In this document: positions 10,310 to 20,919 of the stretch, in pieces | Layout: the number at the start of each line of letters is the position of its first letter | How positions within the stretch are numbered: position 1 is the stretch's first letter | Origin: Patescibacteria group bacterium UBA3466 | Lineage (GTDB): Bacteria; Patescibacteriota; Minisyncoccia; Phycocordibacterales; UBA918 | Length of the DNA: 64,000 nucleotides | Direction of reading: 5' to 3' | NCBI GenBank assembly: GCA_002378195.1 | Contig: DFRJ01000001.1 | Coordinates: forward strand, 29,517 to 93,516 | The notes under the pieces: model-generated | The model's input: the letters and a program-made list of their open reading frames with translations, nothing else | Told to the model about the DNA's origin: nothing | Database searches by the model: none | Made by a program: the position numbers and the translations under genes

Positions 10310-11800
10310 TTACTTCTTAAACTTCTTCAGCTTTTGTAGGTCAAGTACTTGATCAATTCTTATTTGGTCAACAAACTCAGGAACGTGAGACACTAAGATC
10401 ATCGCGCCTTTATAGTCATGCAAGGCCTGCGCGATCACGGGTATGTGCCGGAAGTTGATGTGATTGGTCGGCTCGTCGAGAATTAAGAGACCCGGTTCTT
10501 CCATTTTTAACTTAGCAAATGCCACTAAACCCTTCTGTCCTTCTGACAAATCTCCCACTCTACTTCTCATCACATCTCCAAACAATAAGAAACCGGCCGC
10601 AACTGAACGCATGTCTTCTTCTAGCTTTTTCTTCATCGAATCCATTAGAGTTTCGAAAACTGTTTTATCAAAATCTAGATTTGAAAAATCTTGTCGGTAG
10701 TAGCCGATTTTTACCCCATCAGCTATCTCTTCGCCAGTAGCATGGCCGCCGGCTAGACTTTCTAGCAAGGTGGTCTTACCGATTCCGTTGGGCCCAACGA
10801 TTTGTAAATGCTCGCCGCGCTTTAACACCACATCACACTCAGCCTGTTTGGGTACATGATTTTTAATCACCTTCACAGAAGTCAGCTTAAGCACTTCTAA
10901 AGGAATGTCTTTATGGGGCTCAATAGTAAAAGGTCGGATGGTCTTATCTTCCTTTCTCACATCCACCTTATTGTCTTCACTTTCAGCAATATCGGCTCGC
11001 ATCTTTTTTGCTATCTTTCGCATCTTTCCACCCTTTTGCGCAAAGTAATTAATTTTATCTTTGTCAGCTTGAATCTGCTTGGCCATCTGAGCATTCTGTC
11101 GCTTTTCTCTTTCCACTCGAGCAGTGATTTCTTTTAATACAGCGTGATAGTTACCATTATATTGTTCTACCTGACGATTCTGCGTATTGAGGTAGAGGAC
11201 GCCTTCAGTGAATGAATTGAGGAAGTCGGCATCGTGGGAAATAACAATTACAGTCTTGCGGTACTCCTTCAAAAAATTAGTAAGGTGTTCAATCCCAGCT
11301 TGGTCTAGGTTGTTGGTTGGTTCATCTAACAGTAAGACATCTGGATTTTGAATCAGGGCTGAAGCTAACAAGAAGCGAGCTTGTTGACCACCAGAAAAAC
11401 TACCAACTTTTCTTTCTTTAAAAGATTCTTTTATTTCATCAGCTGGCACCATATTCACAATCTCTAACACCTCGTCAATTTTCGGATCAATGTCATAGAC
11501 TTTTTCTTTGAAGCATTTTTCAAAAAACTCTCGGAGGGTTAATTCGAGTTCGTCACGGGGAATAATCTGACGCGCAATAGCAATAGAAGTTCGTGGTTGA
11601 ATATTTATATCTCCATCATCTAAATGCAGTTGGCCGGTAATAAGAGAAAACAAGGTAGATTTACCAGCTCCGTTTTGACCCATTAGAGTCAGCTTGGCAC
11701 CGCGTCGCACGATAAAGTTAGCCTCTTTAAGAATCGGCTTGGTGGCATCGTGTTCATACGAAGCATCTTTAAAAACAATTAATCCGGCGCTTTTTGACAT
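10310..11800 (-). CDS. ABC-F family ATP-binding protein
   Basis: Two ABC domains (GQNGAGKST, GPNGIGKTT, LDEPTN twice), no TM segments. Confidence 0.9.
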   Translation of the reverse strand: MSKSAGLIVFKDASYEHDATKPILKEANFIVRRGAKLTLMGQNGAGKSTLFSLITGQLHLDDGDINIQPRTSIAIARQIIPRDELELTLREFFEKCFKEKVYDIDPKIDEVLEIVNMVPADEIKESFKERKVGSFSGGQQARFLLASALIQNPDVLLLDEPTNNLDQAGIEHLTNFLKEYRKTVIVISHDADFLNSFTEGVLYLNTQNRQVEQYNGNYHAVLKEITARVEREKRQNAQMAKQIQADKDKINYFAQKGGKMRKIAKKMRADIAESEDNKVDVRKEDKTIRPFTIEPHKDIPLEVLKLTSVKVIKNHVPKQAECDVVLKRGEHLQIVGPNGIGKTTLLESLAGGHATGEEIADGVKIGYYRQDFSNLDFDKTVFETLMDSMKKKLEEDMRSVAAGFLLFGDVMRSRVGDLSEGQKGLVAFAKLKMEEPGLLILDEPTNHINFRHIPVIAQALHDYKGAMILVSHVPEFVDQIRIDQVLDLQKLKKFKK

Positions 11801-11862
11801 GAGCGTATAACATACAACATCAACCACTTAAATCAAATAGCTTTTCTGCTAAAATAAGCTTC

Positions 11863-12585
11863 ATGATAAAGATAATTAAATGGTCAGCAATTGGAATCTT
11901 TGGTTTGGCTATTTTCTTTCTTACCTTTTGGCCAACCATCTTGAGCACTTACGCATGGTATTCGGCCTATTTCTTTACCGAAAAAACAAATCCTAATGTT
12001 CATATAACCCTGGACCAAAACATGACCGTGGTAGCGGTCGACGGTTTGGAGTCATTTACCTTGGGCAATATAAAAATTCCCATCCTATTTGAAAATTACA
12101 GCATCGAAGAGCAGGAAGCATCAGTAATAATCAGTGACCAAGACTCTGATGCTGTTTACATTTTTTATGTCGGTACACCACTTTTGAAAAACTTTTTACT
12201 CCACCAACAATTTGCGGACCATGACCAAACTGAAGTGTGTCACAAACTGAGCAAGATAAATGGCGCCAACCCTTGCGACAGCGACAAGGCATTTTTACAA
12301 GTACAGGCTGATGTCTCTAAGCACAATATCGGATTATTTTCTGGCAACACAATAAAGTTATTTGGATCAATCATGCTAGTACTTAAGAGTGCATACATTG
12401 CCCCTGACACGCTCCGAATTATTCCTTATGACAACGAAGCGTCGAGTGGTTTTATATACGAAACACAAAACGGCGTATCTGTGAACGTCTTTGAAGATGA
12501 AAATACCTATTATGATATTGCTGCCTACCGGATGGACCGTGAGCAAATAGAGACAGTGATTGGAGCGGTGGAATTTGTGGAGTAA
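11863..12585 (+). CDS. Hypothetical membrane-anchored protein
   Basis: 240-aa ORF with N-terminal TM. Confidence 0.7.
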   Translation: MIKIIKWSAIGIFGLAIFFLTFWPTILSTYAWYSAYFFTEKTNPNVHITLDQNMTVVAVDGLESFTLGNIKIPILFENYSIEEQEASVIISDQDSDAVYIFYVGTPLLKNFLLHQQFADHDQTEVCHKLSKINGANPCDSDKAFLQVQADVSKHNIGLFSGNTIKLFGSIMLVLKSAYIAPDTLRIIPYDNEASSGFIYETQNGVSVNVFEDENTYYDIAAYRMDREQIETVIGAVEFVE

Positions 12586-12618
12586 AAAAGGCCGGCGCCG
12601 AAGGCGCCGGCCTTTTTT
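12584..12618. terminator. Bidirectional GGCCGG hairpin terminator
   Basis: AAAAAAGGCCGGCGCC-GAA-GGCGCCGGCCTTTTTT between convergent genes. Confidence 0.85.
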
Positions 12619-12624
12619 ATTTTT

Positions 12625-13680
12625 CTACCCCTTTTCTTCCATCTCCTTCACTTTTTGCAGCGCTACCACGTACATACTTTCGGCCCAGCCGAGTGGTGTA
12701 TTTTCATTTGGCTTATCAGTGTTTGAGTAATACAACTCCGGCACCTTTCCATCTGGTGTCACTGCATTTTTGGTACGTCGAAGATAGTAATAAGCTTTTT
12801 CTTTGTCACCCCGCTCAGCATAAATAATAGCAAGCCACGCGAGACCAAAGCACCATTCGGCCTCCTCACTAAAACCATCGACATTATTATTGTAGTAGCG
12901 ATCAAGTTTGTAGCGGATTACTCCTCGGTCTTTTACCAAATGATATTCAATGTTCTTCAAAATTTCCAAAGTCTCTTCTTCGGTCGTCACAGCAAACGGG
13001 TAGATGAGAGTAAGAAGTGCAAGGTCAGTAAACTTAGTGACAGACTCTCGGGGCAGCAAAGCTCGCAGGGCATGCTCTCCTCGTTCAATCGCTACGTCTG
13101 GTACTTCTAGCCAGTCAATTTCATTAGCTTTCTTCAGTGCTGCTACGCATGAGCCGACCGATGAAGCATGAACTTCAAGGTTTTCTTCCCAGATGCCGTT
13201 GTCGTCATCATCCCAGTACTCGATACTTATTAGGTAGTCGATAATCTTCTGTACCATTTCGCGTTCATCATCTGTCTCGACAACACTCTCGCCCATTTGT
13301 TCTAGGGTACAGATGAGGTTGAGCACCTCTCCCACCGCGTCATTTTGACTATTACCCCATTCCTCCCAATACTCTTCAAAAGTTTCTGGGTGAAACCGAG
13401 CGTGGATGTATTGCCATGCTTCACGCGGCTTATTCTCAATCGCCCAATTAATTTTGTCTTTGTGTTTTACAAACACCGTCAAGAGCGCCTTAGCAGCGTC
13501 TTTGGTCGTTTCCAAGTCTCCTGTCTCAAAAAAGCCAAGGGTGATGAAATAAATATCTCGCAACCACGCTTTATTATAAAAGGTATCATCGAGAGACGCA
13601 GTAAATACCCCTGGCTTCCGCTCGAGACCTTTTACCACTTCAAGGTGGTGCTTAATTTCCGCATCAAAATCAAACTTCAT
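12625..13680 (-). CDS. Glycoside hydrolase family 15 (glucoamylase-like) protein
   Basis: WLRD, QND, GIWEE and PLGWAES motifs. Confidence 0.85.
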   Translation of the reverse strand: MKFDFDAEIKHHLEVVKGLERKPGVFTASLDDTFYNKAWLRDIYFITLGFFETGDLETTKDAAKALLTVFVKHKDKINWAIENKPREAWQYIHARFHPETFEEYWEEWGNSQNDAVGEVLNLICTLEQMGESVVETDDEREMVQKIIDYLISIEYWDDDDNGIWEENLEVHASSVGSCVAALKKANEIDWLEVPDVAIERGEHALRALLPRESVTKFTDLALLTLIYPFAVTTEEETLEILKNIEYHLVKDRGVIRYKLDRYYNNNVDGFSEEAEWCFGLAWLAIIYAERGDKEKAYYYLRRTKNAVTPDGKVPELYYSNTDKPNENTPLGWAESMYVVALQKVKEMEEKG

Positions 13681-13711
13681 AATCTAAAGAACTCAACTAA
13701 ATTAATTCGAA

Positions 13712-14056
13712 CTAACGGCCGAGACTGGCCAGCATTTTTTCATGCCGTTCAGTCTCTTCTAGAAAGGCAATTTCTCCAGCAAGACGTAATCGCACGTACC
13801 GATATCGATCTTCAACCTTGGTTAACCCATCTTCATCTTTACTACTCTTTGAAACATCAGGCATAAGCTCATGTGACAATTCCTCTAAGAACGATACTTT
13901 TTCAGATACACTCATGTCCTCGTAGCCTGGAATCCTTGAAATCATCTCTTTAGCGGTATCTTCAGCCCCCTCTTTAAGGGCTCGCCAATCATCTAATGAT
14001 TCAACATTTTCTTTATTTTCAGTTTTTACTTTTGGTGCTCCTTCTAGACTACCCAT
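13712..14056 (-). CDS. Hypothetical protein
   Basis: 114-aa acidic ORF. Confidence 0.6.
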   Translation of the reverse strand: MGSLEGAPKVKTENKENVESLDDWRALKEGAEDTAKEMISRIPGYEDMSVSEKVSFLEELSHELMPDVSKSSKDEDGLTKVEDRYRYVRLRLAGEIAFLEETERHEKMLASLGR

Positions 14057-14140
14057 AAAACAAGAAAATCTATTAATAATATTTATTGTATCACGTAATG
14101 GTCAACCGACTTATGACATAGTTTGTTATACTAAGCCGCA

Positions 14141-14794
14141 ATGTTCTGCCACGAATCACCCGACTCAGAAAGTTACCAACCATCTCCCATTACTCGTAGT
14201 GCAATTAGTAAAAATTGGGAGAAATTTACAAAATGGAGAGACGTGACTGTAATTTCAAATCTGTGCCGACTCATTAATGCTGATGGTGACACGATAACTA
14301 TCAAAACTGATGTTTCATATAAAGACGTGGTTGGTCTTCGTTGGCCTCGTCCAAAGCAACCGAAGAAACTACAGTTTCAAGTAGTGACCGCAATGGGTAT
14401 CGTGTATACCAGCGACGGTTTCTTAGTCATGATCCCTCGCGACTCCGGAGACTGGCCACCTTCAATCGAGTGTCCGGGAGGATTTATCAGAGCTGAGTAT
14501 CTTGAAGACGGCAAAATTAATGTGCAAGATTTTATCCGCACTCGAGTAGCGGAAGATTTAGATATTGATCGATCTCTAATCACTGATTGTGATTATTTGC
14601 ATGTTTACGACGCTAAAGAAATCATGGAATACATGCTGCTATACAAAGTTAAGATTGCAATGAGCAAGGCCGAGATAAAAAGTCACAACCCTGACTTTGT
14701 CTTGCTGCCCCGCCACTACCGGCCAGAAGCTCATTGCACTAACTGCATCAGTTTGATACATGCTCCGACTCGCGGCGCCCTTTTAACTCTTTAA
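14141..14794 (+). CDS. Hypothetical protein, possibly a degenerate Nudix fold
   Basis: 217-aa ORF; G.V.TSDG...R...PGGF...V.E.L pattern. Confidence 0.55.
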   Translation: MFCHESPDSESYQPSPITRSAISKNWEKFTKWRDVTVISNLCRLINADGDTITIKTDVSYKDVVGLRWPRPKQPKKLQFQVVTAMGIVYTSDGFLVMIPRDSGDWPPSIECPGGFIRAEYLEDGKINVQDFIRTRVAEDLDIDRSLITDCDYLHVYDAKEIMEYMLLYKVKIAMSKAEIKSHNPDFVLLPRHYRPEAHCTNCISLIHAPTRGALLTL

Positions 14795-14876
14795 TTTTTC
14801 ACGAGATGTAACATATCAGTCGCTAGCTAGGTTCTATTGGGTAGGCAGCACATTAACCAGCAAAAGGAATTCGCTA

Positions 14877-15121
14877 TGAACGACGTAGCAATTACCAACG
14901 AAGAGCTGGATGAACAAATCATTGAGTCAGCCCAGGCACTAAAAAAAATCGATCCGGAGCACGAACTACTACGTTTTGCTCACATCTTCCTACAAGAATC
15001 AGCCTTGTACCAACCCGAACTTGAACTAGAGTATCGACAACGATTCTCACCTAGAGCTGGTAGCCACTACAAAACGGCCGATTTCAATTTCTACCTCGCA
15101 CTTTGCAACGCACTCAATTAA
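14877..15121 (+). CDS. Hypothetical protein
   Basis: AAGGA before ATG 14877; hairpin downstream. Confidence 0.55.
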
Positions 15122-15256
15122 CTCTTCATCCTCCTCCCACCCCTCAACCGCATGGCTAGCCCAGCGGTTTTTTTAAATTAAAAACCATACGCGAAAATAC
15201 GCTACTTGGACTTCACCCACCTCTGAACTCGCCAAGATAAGGAGCTAGAAAAGATT

Positions 15257-15748
15257 TTATGAGAGTGAAGAACTAATTTCACTACAAACTTTTTCAAAAC
15301 TTACGCCTACCTTTACTCGCTTTAAGTCTAAACCGACTTGTTTATAAAGATCATTAACAAACTCGTCTCTTTTGATCATTTTTTCAGAATTATGAGATTT
15401 TCCATCAACTTCAATAGCTAATACGATTTTCCTTTCGACTAAGTCCCAGATTAAAAAATCTACATGCTTTGCTCTAATCATATTCCACCATTTCCTATTT
15501 CTATATTCCTCACTATCGACTTGGACAAAATCTCCGAGTCTCACTTTTGGAAAAACGGTATACCTATGTGCATCAAGATGTGCGTTTAGAATATTAAAAA
15601 ATTCTTGTTCTGACCTAGAAAAAAAGAATTGTTTAAGATGATAAGGAAAACGTTCCTTAACTTCCACCTGATCAGAAGAATACTCTTGAACCCGAAACAA
15701 CTTATATAACAGGAACAAAATAATTAAGAAAAAGAAGAAACTCAACAT
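15257..15748 (-). CDS. DUF2726 domain protein
   Basis: SEQEFF..L, VFPKVRLGDFV, KHVDFLI, IEVDGKSH, RDEFVN. Confidence 0.85.
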   Translation of the reverse strand: MLSFFFFLIILFLLYKLFRVQEYSSDQVEVKERFPYHLKQFFFSRSEQEFFNILNAHLDAHRYTVFPKVRLGDFVQVDSEEYRNRKWWNMIRAKHVDFLIWDLVERKIVLAIEVDGKSHNSEKMIKRDEFVNDLYKQVGLDLKRVKVGVSFEKVCSEISSSLS

Positions 15749-15902
15749 ACCCTTAATTATAATACAAACCCATCGACGAACTCGCCAAAGGCAAGGTGAT
15801 GGGAAAGATTTTGCGTAGTTAAGCATTCTGAGGTGGGTGTTTTAAACTAATTAGTACAATGATAAAATATTTATAATTTATTCATTTATCTATTTCAGAG
15901 TT

Positions 15903-16436
15903 ATGTCGTTAGAAAGTCTTTCAAATGAGCCAAGTTCAGTTGAAAAAGAAGTGTCAGACACCAGGAATCAGATTTTTGGTTTGATTGATAACATTAGAGC
16001 AGTGGAGTTCAGACAAATCATGGACAGGAAGCTTAAAAATGTTAAAAACAATCCAGCTGATGATGAGTTGCTAGAAAACATAATGGACCAAATAACTGAC
16101 TCTGCTAAATACATGGTCCACTTAGAATCTGGCAGACAAGTAGACGAAATTGCCGACGAAGAAGCTGACACAAAAAGAGTAGAGCTTTTTACTGAACATA
16201 AAATTTATGGTGCTCCAGATGACGACAGGGGTTTAATGAGTTTTATCGCTGACAACAAGCTAACTCTTACGGGTTCTGATGGTTATGTGTACCAAACAGA
16301 AGAGCTTTTACACTCTGTGAGTCACGCTTTATCTGGAATGGCAGACATAAGAACGGTGACTAGAACAGGAGGACTTAGAGACAAAGTGCAAAAAATCCTG
16401 GATTTAAAAGAGGTCTACAAAAAGCATTCTATATAA
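15903..16436 (+). CDS. Hypothetical protein
   Basis: 177-aa ORF ending ITRTGGLRDKV-like (VTRTGGLRDKV). Confidence 0.65.
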   Translation: MSLESLSNEPSSVEKEVSDTRNQIFGLIDNIRAVEFRQIMDRKLKNVKNNPADDELLENIMDQITDSAKYMVHLESGRQVDEIADEEADTKRVELFTEHKIYGAPDDDRGLMSFIADNKLTLTGSDGYVYQTEELLHSVSHALSGMADIRTVTRTGGLRDKVQKILDLKEVYKKHSI

Positions 16437-16596
16437 ACACAAGAAAAGAAAAACGACCCTCTCGGGTCGTTTTTCTTTAGGTGACTTCAAAATTAGATGA
16501 ATGGCAAGGAGTCTAGGCAAAAATTTTATGAGTGGGACAACTGTCCAGCGAATTAAATTTTTGCCGTAACGACGAAGCCAGTCGCTAATTTTGGAA

Positions 16597-17067
16597 TTAC
16601 CAAGCAAAGTGTGCAAACGCTCGGTTGGCCTCCGCCATCTTGTGCGTATCCTCCTTCTTCTTCACTGCATCTCCTTCTTCCTTGGCTGCTAGCATTAGTT
16701 CTTTGGCTAGTGCCTGCATCATAGTTGTACCTTTTTGCTTTCTTGCTGCTGCAATAAGCCATCTAAGTGCCAAAGCTTCTCGTCGTTCTGGTCGTACTTC
16801 TCGTGGAACTTGGTAGTTTGCACCACCAACTCGTCGTGATCGTACTTCCATCAAAGGACCAGCGTTTCGAAGTGCTGTATTGAACACTTCTAGCGGGTCA
16901 CCTCCTTCTTTATCGTTTTTGATGATTTCAAACGCTCCGTATACGATCTTGCGCGCGGTCTCTTTTTGACCTCGTAGCATGATGTAGTTAATGAGTCGTT
17001 CGACATCCACCTGACCGTACACAATATCTGGTGATACTGTAGGTCGTTTCTTGATAGGTCGTCTCAT
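16597..17067 (-). CDS. rpsG: 30S ribosomal protein S7
   Basis: [28 protein letters not shown]. Confidence 0.99.
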   Translation of the reverse strand: MRRPIKKRPTVSPDIVYGQVDVERLINYIMLRGQKETARKIVYGAFEIIKNDKEGGDPLEVFNTALRNAGPLMEVRSRRVGGANYQVPREVRPERREALALRWLIAAARKQKGTTMMQALAKELMLAAKEEGDAVKKKEDTHKMAEANRAFAHFAW

Positions 17068-17365
17068 AATTGTGATTGATTAACTGAGAACGAGGAGTGT
17101 TTATGAAAACATTCTTCATTCTTCGCATAATGGTCGATGAGCTGTCGCTCACACCAATCGTTATCTGTAGCGAATATAAACTATTTGTAATGTGTGTAGA
17201 GATTCGCCTCTCTACGTGCTTCTTTGCTAATCTGCAAAGTTCGAATTTTTCTTAACTGAGATGAAGTGTGCGGAAGACCAGAAATTTAAGACGAGGTGTA
17301 CTTGGTAGTACAGTGAGTCTTAAATTATCGCAGTCTGACAAAACAATTCGCTCAGTTTAGGAAAA

Positions 17366-17779
17366 TTATTCTCCCTTTGGTTTCTTAGCTCCGTACTTAG
17401 AGCGCCCTCGACGTCGTTCGTCAACTCCAGTCGCGTCGTACTTACCACGCACTACTGTGTAGTTAACACCGATGTCCTTAACACGTCCTCCTCGTACAAG
17501 TACCACTGAGTGTTCTTGTAGCGTGTGCTTCATACCTGGGATGTACGCTGTGATTTCTTGACCATTTGAAAGTCGTACACGAGCAATCTTTCGAATCGCT
17601 GAGTTCGGCTTACGCGGGGTCTTAGTAGTCACACGAGTACATACTCCACGCTTGAATGGAGAAAAGTAAGTGTTTGGTTGATTCTTGATCTTGTTAAAAC
17701 CAGATTCAAGAGCCGCCCGCTTACTCTTACGTGCTTTATCTTGTCGCTTCTTACGGGTTAATTGTTGAATTGTTGCCAT
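17366..17779 (-). CDS. rpsL: 30S ribosomal protein S12
   Basis: [41 protein letters not shown]. Confidence 0.99.
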   Translation of the reverse strand: MATIQQLTRKKRQDKARKSKRAALESGFNKIKNQPNTYFSPFKRGVCTRVTTKTPRKPNSAIRKIARVRLSNGQEITAYIPGMKHTLQEHSVVLVRGGRVKDIGVNYTVVRGKYDATGVDERRRGRSKYGAKKPKGE

Positions 17780-18053
17780 AATTTAGCTCGAACACTTTAC
17801 TATATGTAACCAATAATGCAAGCGTTACAGACTAGTTTTTAGATATTAAAAAACCGGACACCCTACCCAATCAAGGGGATTAACTGGGAGGATGTCCGGG
17901 TGTCGCTCTAGCGACCATTCACTTACAGACCGGAGAAAGTCTGCGTACAGCGAGTGAATGCCACAAAAGAAAACCGGTACACCTCACACCTATTCTTTTG
18001 CAGTTGGTGTGAGACCGGCGAAACTTCTTAACCTGTGGAACTGTAGCAAATAA

Positions 18054-18695
18054 CTACGCCCCGATCAATAGCCGGGCCAGCATGATTGTAAGATCGTAAA
18101 GCGGGTCGGCCAAAACCAGCACAAACAGCAAGATAATAATAATGAAGCCGAGGCCAACATTTTGTTCTAGGCGCGACCGAAATTCATCATATTTATAGGC
18201 AAGTTGTCGTGGCAGTAAGCGAGGAAGAATTTTTGAACCGTCCAGCGGTGGGATTGGGACCAGATTAAAGAAGGCTAAGAAAATATTTAAAATCATCACC
18301 ATAAATGCTAACTGCACAAACGACTCGCTCAAACTTAAAACTTCAGCGCTCCGGATCAAGAGACCAAAAATAACAGCTATCACAATATTCGACGCCGGGC
18401 CAGCTGCGGCTACTATCGCTTCTCCCCACTTTTGATTACGGAGATTGTATGGGTTATAGGGCACTGGCTTAGCCGCTCCAAAGAGAATTGGTGAACCGGT
18501 AGCCAATAGCAAACCAGGTAAAATTACCGACATCATTGGATCAAGATGCACAATCGGATTAGGACTGAGACGTCCGGCCAAACGTGGCGTTGGATCACCG
18601 AGCCAGTCAGCCGCAAACCCATGGGCCATTTCGTGAATCACTACTGAAATAATAAGTGCAACGATCATTGCTATCTGTATTGGTTCCATAACCAT
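18054..18695 (-). CDS. Site-2 protease (M50) family protein
   Basis: HEMAHG, AAAGPASN, FNLVPIPPLDG. Confidence 0.92.
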   Translation of the reverse strand: MVMEPIQIAMIVALIISVVIHEMAHGFAADWLGDPTPRLAGRLSPNPIVHLDPMMSVILPGLLLATGSPILFGAAKPVPYNPYNLRNQKWGEAIVAAAGPASNIVIAVIFGLLIRSAEVLSLSESFVQLAFMVMILNIFLAFFNLVPIPPLDGSKILPRLLPRQLAYKYDEFRSRLEQNVGLGFIIIILLFVLVLADPLYDLTIMLARLLIGA

Positions 18696-18797
18696 CTTAT
18701 AGTAACTAGAGTTGAATTGAATTGCAAAATATAACGCTTGCTCGTAGTTGCAATATTTTAAACACATGGTAGTATGCCTGCACTAAATAACTTGTAT

Positions 18798-19040
18798 ATG
18801 GCAAAGCAATGCGACATTACCGGTAAGAAAACCCAGATCGGGGGACGATACAGCAACCGCACACGTGCGACGCAGTTCAACCCGTGCGGAAAGACTACCC
18901 GTCAACCAAATCTACAAAAGAAGCGAATCTTCGTTCCTGAGCTAGGTAAGACAGTAAACGTAAAAGTTTCTGCAGCCGCTCTTAGAACTATCGCTAAAAA
19001 TGGGGCTTACGCAACATTGAAGAAGGCTGGTTTGATCTAA
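18798..19040 (+). CDS. rpmB: 50S ribosomal protein L28
   Basis: MAKQCDITGKK...PNLQKKR...VSAAALRTI. Confidence 0.92.
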   Translation: MAKQCDITGKKTQIGGRYSNRTRATQFNPCGKTTRQPNLQKKRIFVPELGKTVNVKVSAAALRTIAKNGAYATLKKAGLI

Positions 19041-19079
19041 AGAAATAAAAAGCGGCGGGCCCAAAGGGCCCGCCGCTTT

Positions 19080-19943
19080 TTATTTAACCCACACCGCTTT
19101 TCCATCAGTCTTAAATATAATAGTTCCCTCTTCGGCAGTGTTCAAAATCTTTGCACCAGCATTTAGCGTGCGCTCTACCACTTCTGTATTTGGATGACCG
19201 TAGCGGTTATCTCTGCCGGCTGACACCACTGCATAATCTGGCTGCACTACACTTAAAAATAAGTCGGAAGTTGAAGTCTTTGAACCATGATGGCCAAGCT
19301 TCAACACTTCGCTTGCAAGAGAAGCCCCGTGAGTCTTTGAAAGATAGTCTTCAATACCCATTGGCGCGTCCCCGGTTAACATGAAATCAATATCTCCATA
19401 CGTGAGCTGCACAATAATAGAAGCGGCGTTACTTTCCCAATTGGACGTATCACCAAAGGGTGACAAAACTCTCATGGTAGTAGATGCTCCCAACTGAATT
19501 ACTTGTCCAGCTTGGGCGCTGATGAGTTTTGCTCCTTCAGCGGCAGCGGCGCGGGCGAAAGCCCGCGCCGCTGCCGCCTCATGATCAACTTCTGTCCACA
19601 AGATTGTTCCCACTTGATACCGCTCTAAAACGTCATTCAAGCCGCCAACATGATCTGTATCAGGGTGAGTAGCTATCACAACATCCAAACTTCTATCGAA
19701 CAATGACCGATCTTTTGCCAACTCTAACAGAACTGCGGTGGACGCCCCGCCATCAATCACCACTTCTACCCCATCTGGAGTACGAACATATATGGCATCA
19801 CCTTGTCCAACATCCATAAAACGAACTTCTAGGAGGTCGGTAGCTGACTCGGCTGAGTCAGCTACGGGTAGCCAAACCAAAATTGAAAACACCGTCAAGA
19901 TGCTGATGGTGAACGCTCTTAACCAGACAAAATTTACTTTCAT
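19080..19943 (-). CDS. ComEC-type metallo-beta-lactamase domain protein
   Basis: DVGQGDA, THPDTDHVGG, LTGD, HHGSKTS, NRYGHP. Confidence 0.9.
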   Translation of the reverse strand: MKVNFVWLRAFTISILTVFSILVWLPVADSAESATDLLEVRFMDVGQGDAIYVRTPDGVEVVIDGGASTAVLLELAKDRSLFDRSLDVVIATHPDTDHVGGLNDVLERYQVGTILWTEVDHEAAAARAFARAAAAEGAKLISAQAGQVIQLGASTTMRVLSPFGDTSNWESNAASIIVQLTYGDIDFMLTGDAPMGIEDYLSKTHGASLASEVLKLGHHGSKTSTSDLFLSVVQPDYAVVSAGRDNRYGHPNTEVVERTLNAGAKILNTAEEGTIIFKTDGKAVWVK

Positions 19944-19993
19944 TACATCATGATACAATGAGCAAAAATCCAATAACCAAGAAATAAACTAAT

Positions 19994-20572
19994 ATGAAGT
20001 ACGAAGCACTTACATTTGATATCCCCGAACTAGATGGCATCTCTAGTGAATCCGTTGAAGATCACATTGGTCTGTACCAAGGGTACGTAAAGAACCTCAA
20101 CCTAATCCGCGAAAAGATTGCAGCCTATGCCAACGATCCTGACAACAACGCCTACGCTATTTCTGAAATGCAGAGACGTTTGGGTTTTGAGTTTGGCGGC
20201 ATGCGCAATCACGAATACTATTTCTCGCAACTTGAAGGCGGTCACAAACCCCTACCCGACGGTGCTCTTAAAAGAAAAATGGAAGAGCAGTGGGGTTCGT
20301 TTGAAAATTGGTTAGCCCGCTTCCGTGAAATTGCTTTGACCCGTGGTATTGGTTGGGCCATGCTCTACCACGACCCGCACACAGACCAATTGGTACAAAC
20401 TTGGGTGGATGAACAACACCTCGGCCAACTACCAGATCTGGATTTAATCTTGGCACTCGACATGTGGGAACACTCATACATGCGAGACTACCGCGCACCA
20501 GACAAAGCCAAGTACGTCGACGCATTCTTTAGGAACATCAACTGGGAAGTAGTGGCTGGGCGCTTGATCTAG
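19994..20572 (+). CDS. sod: Fe/Mn superoxide dismutase
   Basis: H...YQGYVKNLN, GGMRNHEYYF, DMWEHSY. Confidence 0.9.
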   Translation: MKYEALTFDIPELDGISSESVEDHIGLYQGYVKNLNLIREKIAAYANDPDNNAYAISEMQRRLGFEFGGMRNHEYYFSQLEGGHKPLPDGALKRKMEEQWGSFENWLARFREIALTRGIGWAMLYHDPHTDQLVQTWVDEQHLGQLPDLDLILALDMWEHSYMRDYRAPDKAKYVDAFFRNINWEVVAGRLI

Positions 20573-20630
20573 TTGCAATAATTCAAACGATAAGTATCAT
20601 ACCCTCAGACTTGAACTGAGGTTTTGTCTT

Positions 20631-20918
20631 ATGGACTTACCAACAAATCACCGATATACCTCATACTACCTACCCCGTTGGTGGAAACACCCAGCCATGA
20701 GGTGGTACCGGAGACTCAAGGTGTGGTGGTGGTCGAAACGAGGTTTTGCCTCCTATCAACGGGCCGTCTCTTGGCAGCATGCTCGCATCCCATATGGCAA
20801 AGAGCGCTTTTACCATGAAGGCATGGCCATCATGACTGTACGTCGAGTACGGCAACGCAGATATATTCTTTGCACTGCCAAACAGTCAGACTATGCTCTC
20901 GACCAATTTCTAAATTAA
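20631..20918 (+). CDS. Hypothetical protein
   Basis: 95-aa ORF with GAGG upstream. Confidence 0.35.
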   Translation: MDLPTNHRYTSYYLPRWWKHPAMRWYRRLKVWWWSKRGFASYQRAVSWQHARIPYGKERFYHEGMAIMTVRRVRQRRYILCTAKQSDYALDQFLN

Positions 20919-20919
20919 T

